Assembly: GCA_963678315.1 (NCBI GenBank)
Contig: OY782781.1
Coordinates: 1,728,001-1,792,000 of the forward strand
DNA length: 64,000 nucleotides
Origin: Candidatus Cloacimonadales bacterium
GTDB lineage: Bacteria; Cloacimonadota; Cloacimonadia; Cloacimonadales; JAFGVF01
Direction of reading: 5' to 3'
Shown one piece after another: positions 40,079 to 49,418 of the stretch; positions within the stretch are counted from its first letter, which is position 1, and every line of letters starts with the position of its first letter. Under the pieces are notes generated by a model. That model saw only the letters and a program-made list of their open reading frames with translations, searched no databases and was not told where the DNA came from. The position numbers and the translations under genes were made by a program.

Positions 40079-40674
40079 TGACTAAAAAACAGATATTTAT
40101 GAATAGTGCATTTACAGAAAACTCCATTTGGAAGCAAGTTTTAGGTATTTGTTCATCTCTTGCTGTAACTAATCTATTGATGAATAGTTTAGTTATGGGT
40201 TTAGGTGTTATTTTTGCCATTGGATTAGCTAATTTCACTATTTCTCTAATTAGAGAATATACTCCAAAATCTGTACGAATGATGGTGCAAATTCTGATAA
40301 TAGCCGCTTTTGTGATTGTGGTAGATATAGTGCTAAAAGCTTACCTTCCTGCTGTAAGTAAAAGCTTAGGTCCTTATGTTGGCTTAATTATAACTAACTG
40401 TATATTAATGGGTAGGGCAGAAGCATTTGCTTCGAAGAATAAACCATTAGATTCAATGATAGATGGAATAGGTGCAGGTTTTGGTTACACTATAGTGTTG
40501 TTAATGATTGCTTTTGTAAGAGAATTATTTGGCTTTGGAACATTGTTTGGAATCCAAATCCTTGGAGATTGGTGGGTTAAATGGTCTATAATGGTCATGG
40601 CTCCTTCAGCTTTCTTCTTACTAGCAATCCTCATTTGGATAATTAATAATAAACTAAACGCAGAGAAAAAGTAG
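40078..40674 (+). CDS. nqrD: NqrD/RnfE family membrane subunit
   Basis: QVLGICSSLAVT, VGLIITNCILMGRAEAFA, APSAFF motifs. Confidence 0.9.
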   Translation: MTKKQIFMNSAFTENSIWKQVLGICSSLAVTNLLMNSLVMGLGVIFAIGLANFTISLIREYTPKSVRMMVQILIIAAFVIVVDIVLKAYLPAVSKSLGPYVGLIITNCILMGRAEAFASKNKPLDSMIDGIGAGFGYTIVLLMIAFVRELFGFGTLFGIQILGDWWVKWSIMVMAPSAFFLLAILIWIINNKLNAEKK

Positions 40675-40685
40675 AGGAGTAAATA

Positions 40686-41273
40686 ATGGAAATTAATTCA
40701 TGGGTTCTTTTTTGGGCTTCAATTTTTACTAGCAATATATTGTTGACCAATTTTCTAGGTATGTGCTCCTATCTTTCAGTTTCAAAGGAAGTAGAATCTT
40801 CATTTGGATTAGGAACTGCTGTTTTCTTTGTAACAACTGCTACAACTGCAATTAACTGGGCAGTTTATCATTTTATAATTGTACCTGCTGATATTGTTTA
40901 TCTGCAATATATTATTTTCATTATTGTTATAGCTGCTTTTGTACAGCTCACAGAAATAATAATTGAGAGATTCTCTCCTGCTCTATATTACTCATTGGGT
41001 ATTTTCTTACCTTTGATTACTGTAAACTGTGCTATTCTGGGTATTAGTTTATTTATGATAATCAGAGACTATAGTTTTATCCAATCTGTAGCTTTTGGTG
41101 CTGGTTCAGGCTTAGGTTGGCTATTGGCTATCCTACTTCTTGCTGGTATTAGAACAAGATTAAGAGAGAAGTTCATCCCTACAGGTCTACAAGGTGCCGG
41201 CATGAGTCTTTTGATTACTGGTATAATGGCTTTAGCATTTATCGGTTTTTCCGGTATTGTTAATGTTCAGTAA
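40686..41273 (+). CDS. nqrE: NqrE/RnfA family membrane subunit
   Basis: FLGMCSYL, LGIFLPLITVNCAILG, GSGLGW motifs. Confidence 0.9.
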   Translation: MEINSWVLFWASIFTSNILLTNFLGMCSYLSVSKEVESSFGLGTAVFFVTTATTAINWAVYHFIIVPADIVYLQYIIFIIVIAAFVQLTEIIIERFSPALYYSLGIFLPLITVNCAILGISLFMIIRDYSFIQSVAFGAGSGLGWLLAILLLAGIRTRLREKFIPTGLQGAGMSLLITGIMALAFIGFSGIVNVQ

Positions 41274-41285
41274 TTAGGAGGATAA

Positions 41286-42392
41286 GTGGATTATAACAAA
41301 ATTCTTATTGAGATATTGATTTTAGCTGGAATAAGTGGAGTTTTATCCATACTAATTGTTGTTGCTAAAAAGATATTCGAAAACTATGGTGAATGTGAGA
41401 TAGATATTAATGGTAAGCGCAAAGTCAAAGTAGAGGGAGGAAGTTCATTACTTACTTCTTTAGCTGAACACGAAATATATATTCCTTCTGCTTGTGGTGG
41501 TCGTGGTTCTTGTGGAGCATGTAAATGTAAAGTTCATGAAGGTGGTGGACCAGTATTACCTACAGAAAAACCATTCTTTAATGCTAAGGAACTAGCAGAG
41601 AACTACAGGCTTTCTTGCCAAGTAAAGGTTAAAAATGATATTAAAATTGAAATTCCTGAAGAAATATTTAATATTAGAAAGTATAAAGCCACAATAGAAG
41701 AAATTGTAGATTATACCTACGATATTAAAGGAATTACTTTCAAATTTGAAGCTGGTGCAAGTATTGACTTCAAGGCGGGGCAATATATGCAACTTAGAGC
41801 TCCAAAATATGGCAAGATAAGAGAATCAGTTGTTAGAGCTTATTCAATATCATCAAAGCCTAGTTTAAACGATAGAGTGCAATTAATAATTAGAAGAGTA
41901 CCAGAAGGTATCTGTACAACTTGGGTTCATGATTATGTAAAAGAAGGGGATCAAGTTGAATTAACAGGACCTTATGGAGATTTCTTTATAAGAGACACCG
42001 ATGCTGACATTATCTTTGTTGCAGGTGGTTCTGGTAAAGCTCCGATTAAATCAATGTTGGAAGACCTTCAAGAAAAAGGATGTAATAGAAAAATGTCTTA
42101 TTTCTTTGGAGCAAAGACTACTAAAGATTTATATTTAACTGATTATATGAATAGTTTCAGTGAGGTATTCCCTGACTTTTCTTACATTCCTGTATTATCT
42201 GATCCTGAACCAGACGATAATTGGACTGGTAAAACTGGCTGGATAATGCCACACTTCAAAGATGTGTTAAGAGACCCAAAAAATACTGAAGCTTACTTAT
42301 GTGGCTCACCAGGTATGCTGGCTGCTGTTACAAAGAGCTTAGTTGAAATGGGGATTCCAGAAGAAAAAATCTATTATGACTCATTTGCTTAG
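41286..42392 (+). CDS. nqrF: NqrF-like NADH-oxidising subunit (TM-2Fe2S-FAD-NAD)
   Basis: SACGGRGSCGAC...RLSCQ, RAYS, GPYG, GGSGKAP, CGSPGM motifs; GTG start after AGGAG. Confidence 0.88.
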   Translation: MDYNKILIEILILAGISGVLSILIVVAKKIFENYGECEIDINGKRKVKVEGGSSLLTSLAEHEIYIPSACGGRGSCGACKCKVHEGGGPVLPTEKPFFNAKELAENYRLSCQVKVKNDIKIEIPEEIFNIRKYKATIEEIVDYTYDIKGITFKFEAGASIDFKAGQYMQLRAPKYGKIRESVVRAYSISSKPSLNDRVQLIIRRVPEGICTTWVHDYVKEGDQVELTGPYGDFFIRDTDADIIFVAGGSGKAPIKSMLEDLQEKGCNRKMSYFFGAKTTKDLYLTDYMNSFSEVFPDFSYIPVLSDPEPDDNWTGKTGWIMPHFKDVLRDPKNTEAYLCGSPGMLAAVTKSLVEMGIPEEKIYYDSFA

Positions 42393-42401
42393 GAGGAAAA
42401 G

Positions 42402-42857
42402 ATGAAATTAAGTCCTACAGAAAAAGTAATCCAAGAGAAAATGAAAGCAGGAGTACTTACTTATGAAGGCTTCTTGGGAAATGATAAAAGAAACTATCTT
42501 GATATTATAGCTGATGATAAAAAGATAATAAATAGTTTTGATAAGTCTCTACAAGAAATTGCAGAAAAAATGAAATATTTAATGGAAAAATCTTTTCAAT
42601 CCTATGATGGTTCAATAGTAATTGATAAGAAATTTGAAGTAGAATATACTTCTTTTAGAGGTATTCTGATAAGTCCATTCCCTGGTGCAGGTAAGTTTGG
42701 CAAAGCTATCATTCGTGTAACAAACTTAGAAAATAACAAGAGTGTAATGTGGACTCCTTTACATGTTCATTTTATCAAAGATTATGGTTTCTTTGAAGGA
42801 CAAGGTTCTAAGTTTAGGATTGATCCTCAATTACTTTATCAGGTTCTTTTTGGATAA
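42402..42857 (+). CDS. Hypothetical protein
   Basis: 151 aa; strong RBS AGGAGG; tightly linked to the nqrF-like gene. Confidence 0.8.
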   Translation: MKLSPTEKVIQEKMKAGVLTYEGFLGNDKRNYLDIIADDKKIINSFDKSLQEIAEKMKYLMEKSFQSYDGSIVIDKKFEVEYTSFRGILISPFPGAGKFGKAIIRVTNLENNKSVMWTPLHVHFIKDYGFFEGQGSKFRIDPQLLYQVLFG

Positions 42858-44188
42858 TGAAGTATATTGATAGAATCAAAAGATTAAATAGCAAACTCCC
42901 CCGAAATGGGGAGTTTGTTCTATATTGGATGCAGCAATCTCAACGAATAAACTATAATCATGCCTTGAATATAAGCATTAAGATAGCAAATAAGAGACGA
43001 ATACCCTTAGTCGTATTATTTGTATTGAATAAGAATTTCCCTCATGCTAATCTAAGGCATTTTACCTTTATGGTTCAAGGTCTAAAAGAACTTGAAGATA
43101 ACTTTAGGGATAGAAAAATTACTTTTATCATCGAAGAAGGTGACTTTCAAGAAGTAGTTCCAGCTTATGCTAAAAAGTCAGTAATGCTATTAACCGACAG
43201 AGGCTATCTGAGCTTTCAAAGAGCTATTCGAGAAAATATTGCTAAAAGTGTTGACCTTGCTATGTATCAAGTAGAATCAGATATTGTTGTACCAGTAGAA
43301 ATTGCCTCAGATAAAGAAGAATATATGGCTCGAACTATTAGAAAGAAAATTAATAAACTTCGAGAATTCTTTCTAACTCCATTACGACCAGAAGAATATA
43401 AAATGGGATTCTATAAAAAAGTGCCTTACTTAAATTTTGAATCCTTTCTGGATAAGCTAGATACTACTGTAAAGCCTTCGATAGACTTTGTAGGAGGATA
43501 TTCTCAAGCAATAAAGAGATTAGACTTCTTTCTTGAAGATTTACTTGAAAACTATGACCAAACAAATAAGAGTTTGGTAGAAAGTAACTTTTCAAAACTG
43601 AGTCCTTATTTACATTTTGGACAGATTTCACCTCTTGAGATAGCTATGAGAGTCCTGAATTCAAATGCGAGAGATGAAGCCAAAGAAGCTTTTCTCGAAC
43701 AGTTAATTGTTAGACGTGAACTTGCTATTAATTTCTGTTACTATAATACTTCTTACGAGGATTTGCTTTCTTTCCTACCAAAGTGGGCAAGTCAGAGCTT
43801 ACTTAATCATGTTGATGATTCTAGAGAGTTTATTTATTCTATTAAAGATCTGGAAGAGGCTAAAACACATGACCATGCGTGGAATGCTTGCCAAAAACAG
43901 CTTACTAAAACAGGTTATATGGAAAATTACATGCGAATGTATTGGGGTAAGAAAGTCATTGAATGGACTCTACATCCTCAAGAAGCCTACGAAATTCTTA
44001 TATATTTAAATGATAAGTACGAACTTGATGGGAGAGATGCTAATGGCTATACGGGAGTTGCTTGGTGTTTTGGAAAGCATGATACAGCTTGGAAAGAAAG
44101 ACCTATTTTCGGGAAAACTCGCTATATGAACTTCAAGGGACTTAAAAGAAAATTTGATATTCAAGCTTATATAAATAAGTGGCTATAG
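42857..44188 (+). CDS. phr: Class II CPD DNA photolyase
   Basis: VLYWMQQSQR..YNHAL, LSPYLHFGQIS, RRELAINF, YMRMYWGKK, DGRDANGY, ERPIFGK motifs. Confidence 0.95.
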   Translation: MKYIDRIKRLNSKLPRNGEFVLYWMQQSQRINYNHALNISIKIANKRRIPLVVLFVLNKNFPHANLRHFTFMVQGLKELEDNFRDRKITFIIEEGDFQEVVPAYAKKSVMLLTDRGYLSFQRAIRENIAKSVDLAMYQVESDIVVPVEIASDKEEYMARTIRKKINKLREFFLTPLRPEEYKMGFYKKVPYLNFESFLDKLDTTVKPSIDFVGGYSQAIKRLDFFLEDLLENYDQTNKSLVESNFSKLSPYLHFGQISPLEIAMRVLNSNARDEAKEAFLEQLIVRRELAINFCYYNTSYEDLLSFLPKWASQSLLNHVDDSREFIYSIKDLEEAKTHDHAWNACQKQLTKTGYMENYMRMYWGKKVIEWTLHPQEAYEILIYLNDKYELDGRDANGYTGVAWCFGKHDTAWKERPIFGKTRYMNFKGLKRKFDIQAYINKWL

Positions 44189-44234
44189 TATTTTTAGATA
44201 AGCTACTAATTAATAAAAAACTACTAAATAATGG

Positions 44235-44263
44235 TTGACATGTCATGACAATTAACAGATAAT
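44235..44263 (+). promoter_or_regulatory. Sigma70-type promoter overlapped by palindromes
   Basis: TTGACA-N17-GATAAT; overlapping perfect palindromes TGACATGTCA and TGTCATGACA. Confidence 0.65.
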
Positions 44264-44302
44264 ATACCAAATCATAATTGATTATCTTTATGAGGAGAAA
44301 AG

Positions 44303-44989
44303 ATGAAGAAAATAATGTTTTGGTTTATACTATTAATTACTTTTGGACAAGTTTGTGCTGACCAATCTAAGTTAACTTATGAAGAAAATCTTATATATGA
44401 TAAGCTTGTTGATGAATCAGTCTGTCATTTGTATGAAAGTTTCCTTAAAATCCCAGACTCTAAGTTTGTAGGAAAAGATGGTAGAGAAATACAAGGGTTT
44501 GGAATCGTATTTGAAAGCGATTTGGAAGATAAAGTATCGGATAAGTTTAGACAGAAGTTTACCAAGACAAAATTCAAGGTTTATAGAAAGGAAGGTGTCG
44601 ATAAACTACTTGAAGAGCAAGCAATACAATCGCAAGATTTTTATTCAAAAGCAGGTAGATTAAAGATAGGTCAATTAACTCAATGGAAAGGCTATTTAGT
44701 TGGAAAGATTAATTATAGACTTGATAATCACTTGTTCAAGAAGAGTGTATATGTTGATATAACTAGTGACTTTTTTAACCTCGAAGATGGCAATCTTATA
44801 TGGAGCGATAAGTATACTAATTCTTATAAAGTAAAATTACCAATAAAAGTATATTTGATAGGTCTTGCTGTTGTCCTAATTCTAACAATATTGTTTAACA
44901 TTCTTACTAGAGGCAAGTCAACTACTTTAATAATGGGATTAGCTCTTGTAGGCGTAACTTCCTATTCAATATGGTTTTTTGTTTTATAG
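44303..44989 (+). CDS. Exported CsgG/LpoB-like protein with two C-terminal TM helices
   Basis: Signal peptide; LLEEQ...KIGQL...YLVGKI...NLEDGNLIWSD pattern resembling the CsgG/LpoB/FlgO fold. Confidence 0.6.
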   Translation: MKKIMFWFILLITFGQVCADQSKLTYEENLIYDKLVDESVCHLYESFLKIPDSKFVGKDGREIQGFGIVFESDLEDKVSDKFRQKFTKTKFKVYRKEGVDKLLEEQAIQSQDFYSKAGRLKIGQLTQWKGYLVGKINYRLDNHLFKKSVYVDITSDFFNLEDGNLIWSDKYTNSYKVKLPIKVYLIGLAVVLILTILFNILTRGKSTTLIMGLALVGVTSYSIWFFVL

Positions 44990-44997
44990 GAGGACTT

Positions 44998-46311
44998 ATG
45001 AAAAGACCTTTAATATTATGCATGTTTGTTCTTCTAAGCATGGTTATGATTTCTTGTTCAAGTAATGTAGATACAATAAAACAAGCTGAACAAACTATTC
45101 CTGAATGGTATCTAAACCCTCCGCAAGTGAATGATTTATTTGTTTACGCTACTGCTTCTGGTTATTCAGTTGATATTGCTTCTAAAAATGCAAAGAGTAA
45201 GATTTCTGAATATTATAGATCTTACATTGAGTCTGAATACCTTGAAGCAATACATTCTTCTATTAATAATGATAAAGAGAATCTAGAGCAGTATGTTTCA
45301 AGCAAAATAAGTTTGCTTTCTAATTTAGAGATTCCTGGTATTACTATTTCAAAGGCTAAAGAAGTGAATGGCTTATTCTATGTGCTTGCTGTAATGGATA
45401 GAGATGTCTTCGAACAAAGGCAGAATGATATCCGCAACAAAATGATTGCTCTAGTAAAAGATGGCGATATTGCAAAAGATATTGGAAATAAGCTAAGTAC
45501 ATACTACTTAAGTGCTTCTTTGTTACCTAAACTACTTACTCCAACAATATATAATGATCAACTTATGTATGCTTATCTGAAGAAGCAAATCAATAAGATT
45601 GTATCTGCTATAAATGTTAATTATACTTTTCATAAATACTCTCAAGTTTCTGATTATGAAGCTTTAGTTATAACAATCAAGTCTGATGGGAAATGTCTGA
45701 AAGGTATTTCATTTCTAATTGATGGTCAATCGAACTATTCTGATGAAGCAGGTAAGTTCTATCTCCAAAATGATGAACAAGAACCTTTTGATATAACTGT
45801 GAAAATTGATCTTGATAATATTAACTTATCCAGTGAACTACAAGGTAAGGAAATTCAACAAGCAAAGGAAATTATTAATTTGATGACTTCCTTTAAGCAA
45901 AACATACATATAATTCCTCCTGTTGAATATAAAGCATATATAAGAGTAAATAGCTATATTGATCAGCTTTCTTCTAATAATAGCCAGCTTGAAAATATGA
46001 TAAAGCAATATTTTCTAACTAAGAATACAAAGATTACTGATGATAAAGACAATGCTAATCTAGTTATTGAAGTATCAACTTATGCAGAAGAATCTTCCTA
46101 TAATAATTATTTAGGCTATGCTTATAAGGCTGGGGGAGAGGTGACTATAGCTAATGCTAAGAATGAAATTAGCCTTATTGATTTAAATGATGAGGGAACT
46201 AGAGAAAAGACTAAGAGCTTTAATCAAAAGAAAAACATTGCAGCTTCCTCAGCAATTAAAGAGCTCAATAAAATAATCATTAATCGAATAAAAGAGATAC
46301 AAATTAAGTAA
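44998..46311 (+). CDS. LPP20-like lipoprotein
   Basis: Lipobox MISC; PEWY..PP and A..NAK..IS N-terminal pattern; ATG after AGGAGG preferred over 44971. Confidence 0.7.
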   Translation: MKRPLILCMFVLLSMVMISCSSNVDTIKQAEQTIPEWYLNPPQVNDLFVYATASGYSVDIASKNAKSKISEYYRSYIESEYLEAIHSSINNDKENLEQYVSSKISLLSNLEIPGITISKAKEVNGLFYVLAVMDRDVFEQRQNDIRNKMIALVKDGDIAKDIGNKLSTYYLSASLLPKLLTPTIYNDQLMYAYLKKQINKIVSAINVNYTFHKYSQVSDYEALVITIKSDGKCLKGISFLIDGQSNYSDEAGKFYLQNDEQEPFDITVKIDLDNINLSSELQGKEIQQAKEIINLMTSFKQNIHIIPPVEYKAYIRVNSYIDQLSSNNSQLENMIKQYFLTKNTKITDDKDNANLVIEVSTYAEESSYNNYLGYAYKAGGEVTIANAKNEISLIDLNDEGTREKTKSFNQKKNIAASSAIKELNKIIINRIKEIQIK

Positions 46312-46314
46312 TTA

Positions 46315-48612
46315 ATGGAGATAACATTGAATACTAACGAATTAAACAATTTAATGAACAGTCCTTCCAAGAGGTTTTACTTAATAAAAGAGATTGAAAA
46401 TATAGCTCAAAAAGAAGCCAAAAGGCACAAAGATGATAGGAGCATAGTAAGGAAAATTGTTAATGCTATGGGTTCTCAAGAAACAGCTGTTGATGCCTAT
46501 AGTGATTTACAACAAGAAGTCGACCTATGTAAAAGTGTTACTGATCCTCTTGAAAAAGCATCTGTTCTAGTTAAAGCTCTAATAGTTACAAACAAATGTC
46601 AGTTAATAATTTCGTTCAAAGACCCTCAATACAGAAGAGCTTATAAGCAATTTAAGCATGATTATCATAGATGTGTTCAAAAGTTTGTAGAATTGCAGTA
46701 TAGGACTTCTCTTGATAAAATACTAATTAACCATTTAAGAGATGCCCTTAATGTTCTAGTTGAAAAGGGAGATATTACAGCTGAAAATAGAATAAAAGAG
46801 TTACCCGAATATGAGCTTCTGATTGAAATATACCGTAAGCTAGAAGTCAAATTAAAATCTCTTTTACATGACTTTAGTAAAGAGCTCCTTCAAGAATGTA
46901 AAGAGCTCCTTCTCCAATTCAAAAATAGTTCTTTAGCTAAGAAAATTAAGGATGAGATTGTTGAAACATTGCAACTTCTATATAACAGAATTATATTTAA
47001 ATCTAAACAAGCTATTGAGAATGAAATAAGCAATATTAACCCAAGTATCACAGCCATAACAAAGGCAATTGAGAACTATCTAGAAATGAAAGAAGCCTTT
47101 GCTGGTATTGGCTTAGAACTTGGTTCAAATAGCTATGATGATTTGTACAATGATCTTCTTTCATTACAATCTAGAGTTACAAAGGAATATCATAGAATTA
47201 AAGAATTATTACAGAACTTGAAAGAAGGAAAGCAAGCTCTTGAAGAAAACATTCTTGCTCACTATCTTGTCTTGAAGGAATTGACTACTTTTCTTAGTGA
47301 ATTTGACTTTTCTTATGCAGAAGTAGGAGATATATTAACTGAAGTAGAAGCTGGTATGCAAGAGCTCATAAATAGCATTGAACAAGTCAAAAAGAAGCAT
47401 ATTGAAGACTTGCACAAGCAGCTTAATAATCTCAATAAATCATCAATATCTAAAACTACAGCTACTTGGGTCGACCTCAGATCAATTGTTGAAGAAGAGT
47501 TGATTAGCTTTGAGAAAGAAGGAATAAAGTATCCTGAACTGAATACTTTTGTAAATGAGTTGAATAGCTTTCTTATAACTTATGTCGATGAACTAATAGA
47601 TGAATATAGTTTCGAAAGCCACATATCTAAAGAATATAAAGCAATGCTTACTGAACTGATTGATAAGCTTGGAATTCTAGTTGATATAGACTTAGACCTT
47701 CCTATGAAGTTATCAGAACTTAATAATCTTATTAGCAAATTGTCTAAGTGTGAAGAGCTAATTGATAATTATGAATCATCTAGCAATTCTGGAATTGGAA
47801 AGAAGAATATTGTTTACCTAAATAACAATTTAGAGGAAGTAATTAAGGCTTATAAAAACAGTGATATAATTAAATTACTGGATATAAATCCTTTATTTTT
47901 AAGGATTAGTAGTTTCCACCAAGCACTGCAGAGTAAAGTACAAGATTATTATAAAGAAAATGCTTGGGTGGGAAATCTTGTTCTTAGAAATCCTAAGTTC
48001 AATGTAAATATTGTTCTACTCAACGACTCAAGAGTCTTTCTTGGGAGAGCAGGGCAAGAATGGGATTTGATAAAAGGAAACAGAATATATATTCCTTGGG
48101 CTAGAATATCTGCTAATCACTTGTTGTTAGATTTTGAAAAGGGAATAATTGAAGATGTAGCTTCTTCCAATGGAAGTTATATTAACAAGAAGACATCTAG
48201 TATTACATGTGAGATGATGAAAGATGTAAGTGAGTTCAATCTCGCTAGTGATATGACCTTTCAGCTATTTTATCAACCTCAAGTCTTTAGTGGTTTTGTA
48301 TTTAAATCTTTTAGTACGCCTCACAGTAAAGTATTTCATGTTTCCTCTAAAGATGAATTATTCAATATTCTTAGTACTTGTTATTTCATTTACTTACCTC
48401 AAGATTTGCCTGAAGCAGAATTAATTATCCGAAAGTATGATGGAAAAGCTATTTATGGCAATGAGGTATTGGATTATAATGATTGCTATGTTATAACAAG
48501 AAGGAATAATATCTTTTATTACTCAGATAAAGCTTCTGGAATATCTAATCTGCCTATACTGAAAAACGATAACGAAAGAATGAAATTGCTTGTGTCGGCT
48601 AGAATTATGTAG
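46315..48612 (+). CDS. Long helical protein with C-terminal FHA domain
   Basis: FLGR...ISANH...IEDVASSNGSYIN matches the FHA GR/SxxH/NG signature; preceded by ~540 aa of helical sequence. Confidence 0.75.
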   Translation: MEITLNTNELNNLMNSPSKRFYLIKEIENIAQKEAKRHKDDRSIVRKIVNAMGSQETAVDAYSDLQQEVDLCKSVTDPLEKASVLVKALIVTNKCQLIISFKDPQYRRAYKQFKHDYHRCVQKFVELQYRTSLDKILINHLRDALNVLVEKGDITAENRIKELPEYELLIEIYRKLEVKLKSLLHDFSKELLQECKELLLQFKNSSLAKKIKDEIVETLQLLYNRIIFKSKQAIENEISNINPSITAITKAIENYLEMKEAFAGIGLELGSNSYDDLYNDLLSLQSRVTKEYHRIKELLQNLKEGKQALEENILAHYLVLKELTTFLSEFDFSYAEVGDILTEVEAGMQELINSIEQVKKKHIEDLHKQLNNLNKSSISKTTATWVDLRSIVEEELISFEKEGIKYPELNTFVNELNSFLITYVDELIDEYSFESHISKEYKAMLTELIDKLGILVDIDLDLPMKLSELNNLISKLSKCEELIDNYESSSNSGIGKKNIVYLNNNLEEVIKAYKNSDIIKLLDINPLFLRISSFHQALQSKVQDYYKENAWVGNLVLRNPKFNVNIVLLNDSRVFLGRAGQEWDLIKGNRIYIPWARISANHLLLDFEKGIIEDVASSNGSYINKKTSSITCEMMKDVSEFNLASDMTFQLFYQPQVFSGFVFKSFSTPHSKVFHVSSKDELFNILSTCYFIYLPQDLPEAELIIRKYDGKAIYGNEVLDYNDCYVITRRNNIFYYSDKASGISNLPILKNDNERMKLLVSARIM

Positions 48613-48650
48613 TATAAAGGCATCTTAATGCACTAAAGAAGAGAGAATAT

Positions 48651-49418
48651 ATGGAATATTATGGAATATCAGCTCATGGAAAGAAATCACCTGAGAATGA
48701 AGATAGTTATATCTTGCCAACAGGGCAAGGAGTAGATAGTACAGCTTCTTTCGGAATTGAAGCAGACTTCACGGATAAAGGCTATTTGTTTCTTGTTTGC
48801 GATGGTATGGGGGGACATCAGGCTGGTGAAGTAGCTAGTAAATTAGCAGTTAGTTGGTTATGGAAAGATTTTTATAGTGATGATGATATTGGCGATTATC
48901 GGCAATGGTTACATGAAGAAATCACGGACCTTAATAGTCGTTTATTTAACTTACAGGTAGAGCATGATGTTTATAATGGTATGGGAACAACTCTAGTTGG
49001 AGCCATAGTTAAAAATAGTATCGTTTACCCTTTCAATGTGGGTGATTCTCGTTGTTACATTATTAATGATGGTAGGATAAGGCAGTTAACTAAGGATGAT
49101 TCAGAAGTTTGGAAACTTTATGAGAAAGGGGCTATAACTAAGGATGAACTGGTTAATAACAGAAAAGGACATTTGATTACACAAGCTTTAGCCTTATATC
49201 CATCACTTAGTATTCATACCTATGATGCCGTAATTATTTCAGACACAAGTAAGCTACTGTTGTGCTCAGATGGCCTACATGATGTACTAACCGATTGTGA
49301 AATAGCAGATGTAGTTAATTCTACTAAGGACTTAAAAAAAGCTTGCAAGAGGTTGATTAAGAAAGCTAAGAAAGCAGGCTCAAAAGATGATATTACAGTC
49401 GTGATGATTACTAATTAA
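48651..49418 (+). CDS. PP2C-family Ser/Thr phosphatase (Stp1/PrpC-like)
   Basis: NED, VCDGMGGH..GEVAS, MGTT, NVGDSRCY, LCSDGL, DDIT motifs. Confidence 0.95.
   Translation: MEYYGISAHGKKSPENEDSYILPTGQGVDSTASFGIEADFTDKGYLFLVCDGMGGHQAGEVASKLAVSWLWKDFYSDDDIGDYRQWLHEEITDLNSRLFNLQVEHDVYNGMGTTLVGAIVKNSIVYPFNVGDSRCYIINDGRIRQLTKDDSEVWKLYEKGAITKDELVNNRKGHLITQALALYPSLSIHTYDAVIISDTSKLLLCSDGLHDVLTDCEIADVVNSTKDLKKACKRLIKKAKKAGSKDDITVVMITN

Noticed and set aside
38454..42392. Canonical Rnf or canonical Na+-NQR operon
   Set aside because: No rnfB, rnfC or nqrA in the cluster; first subunit is RnfD-sized while the last is NqrF-like
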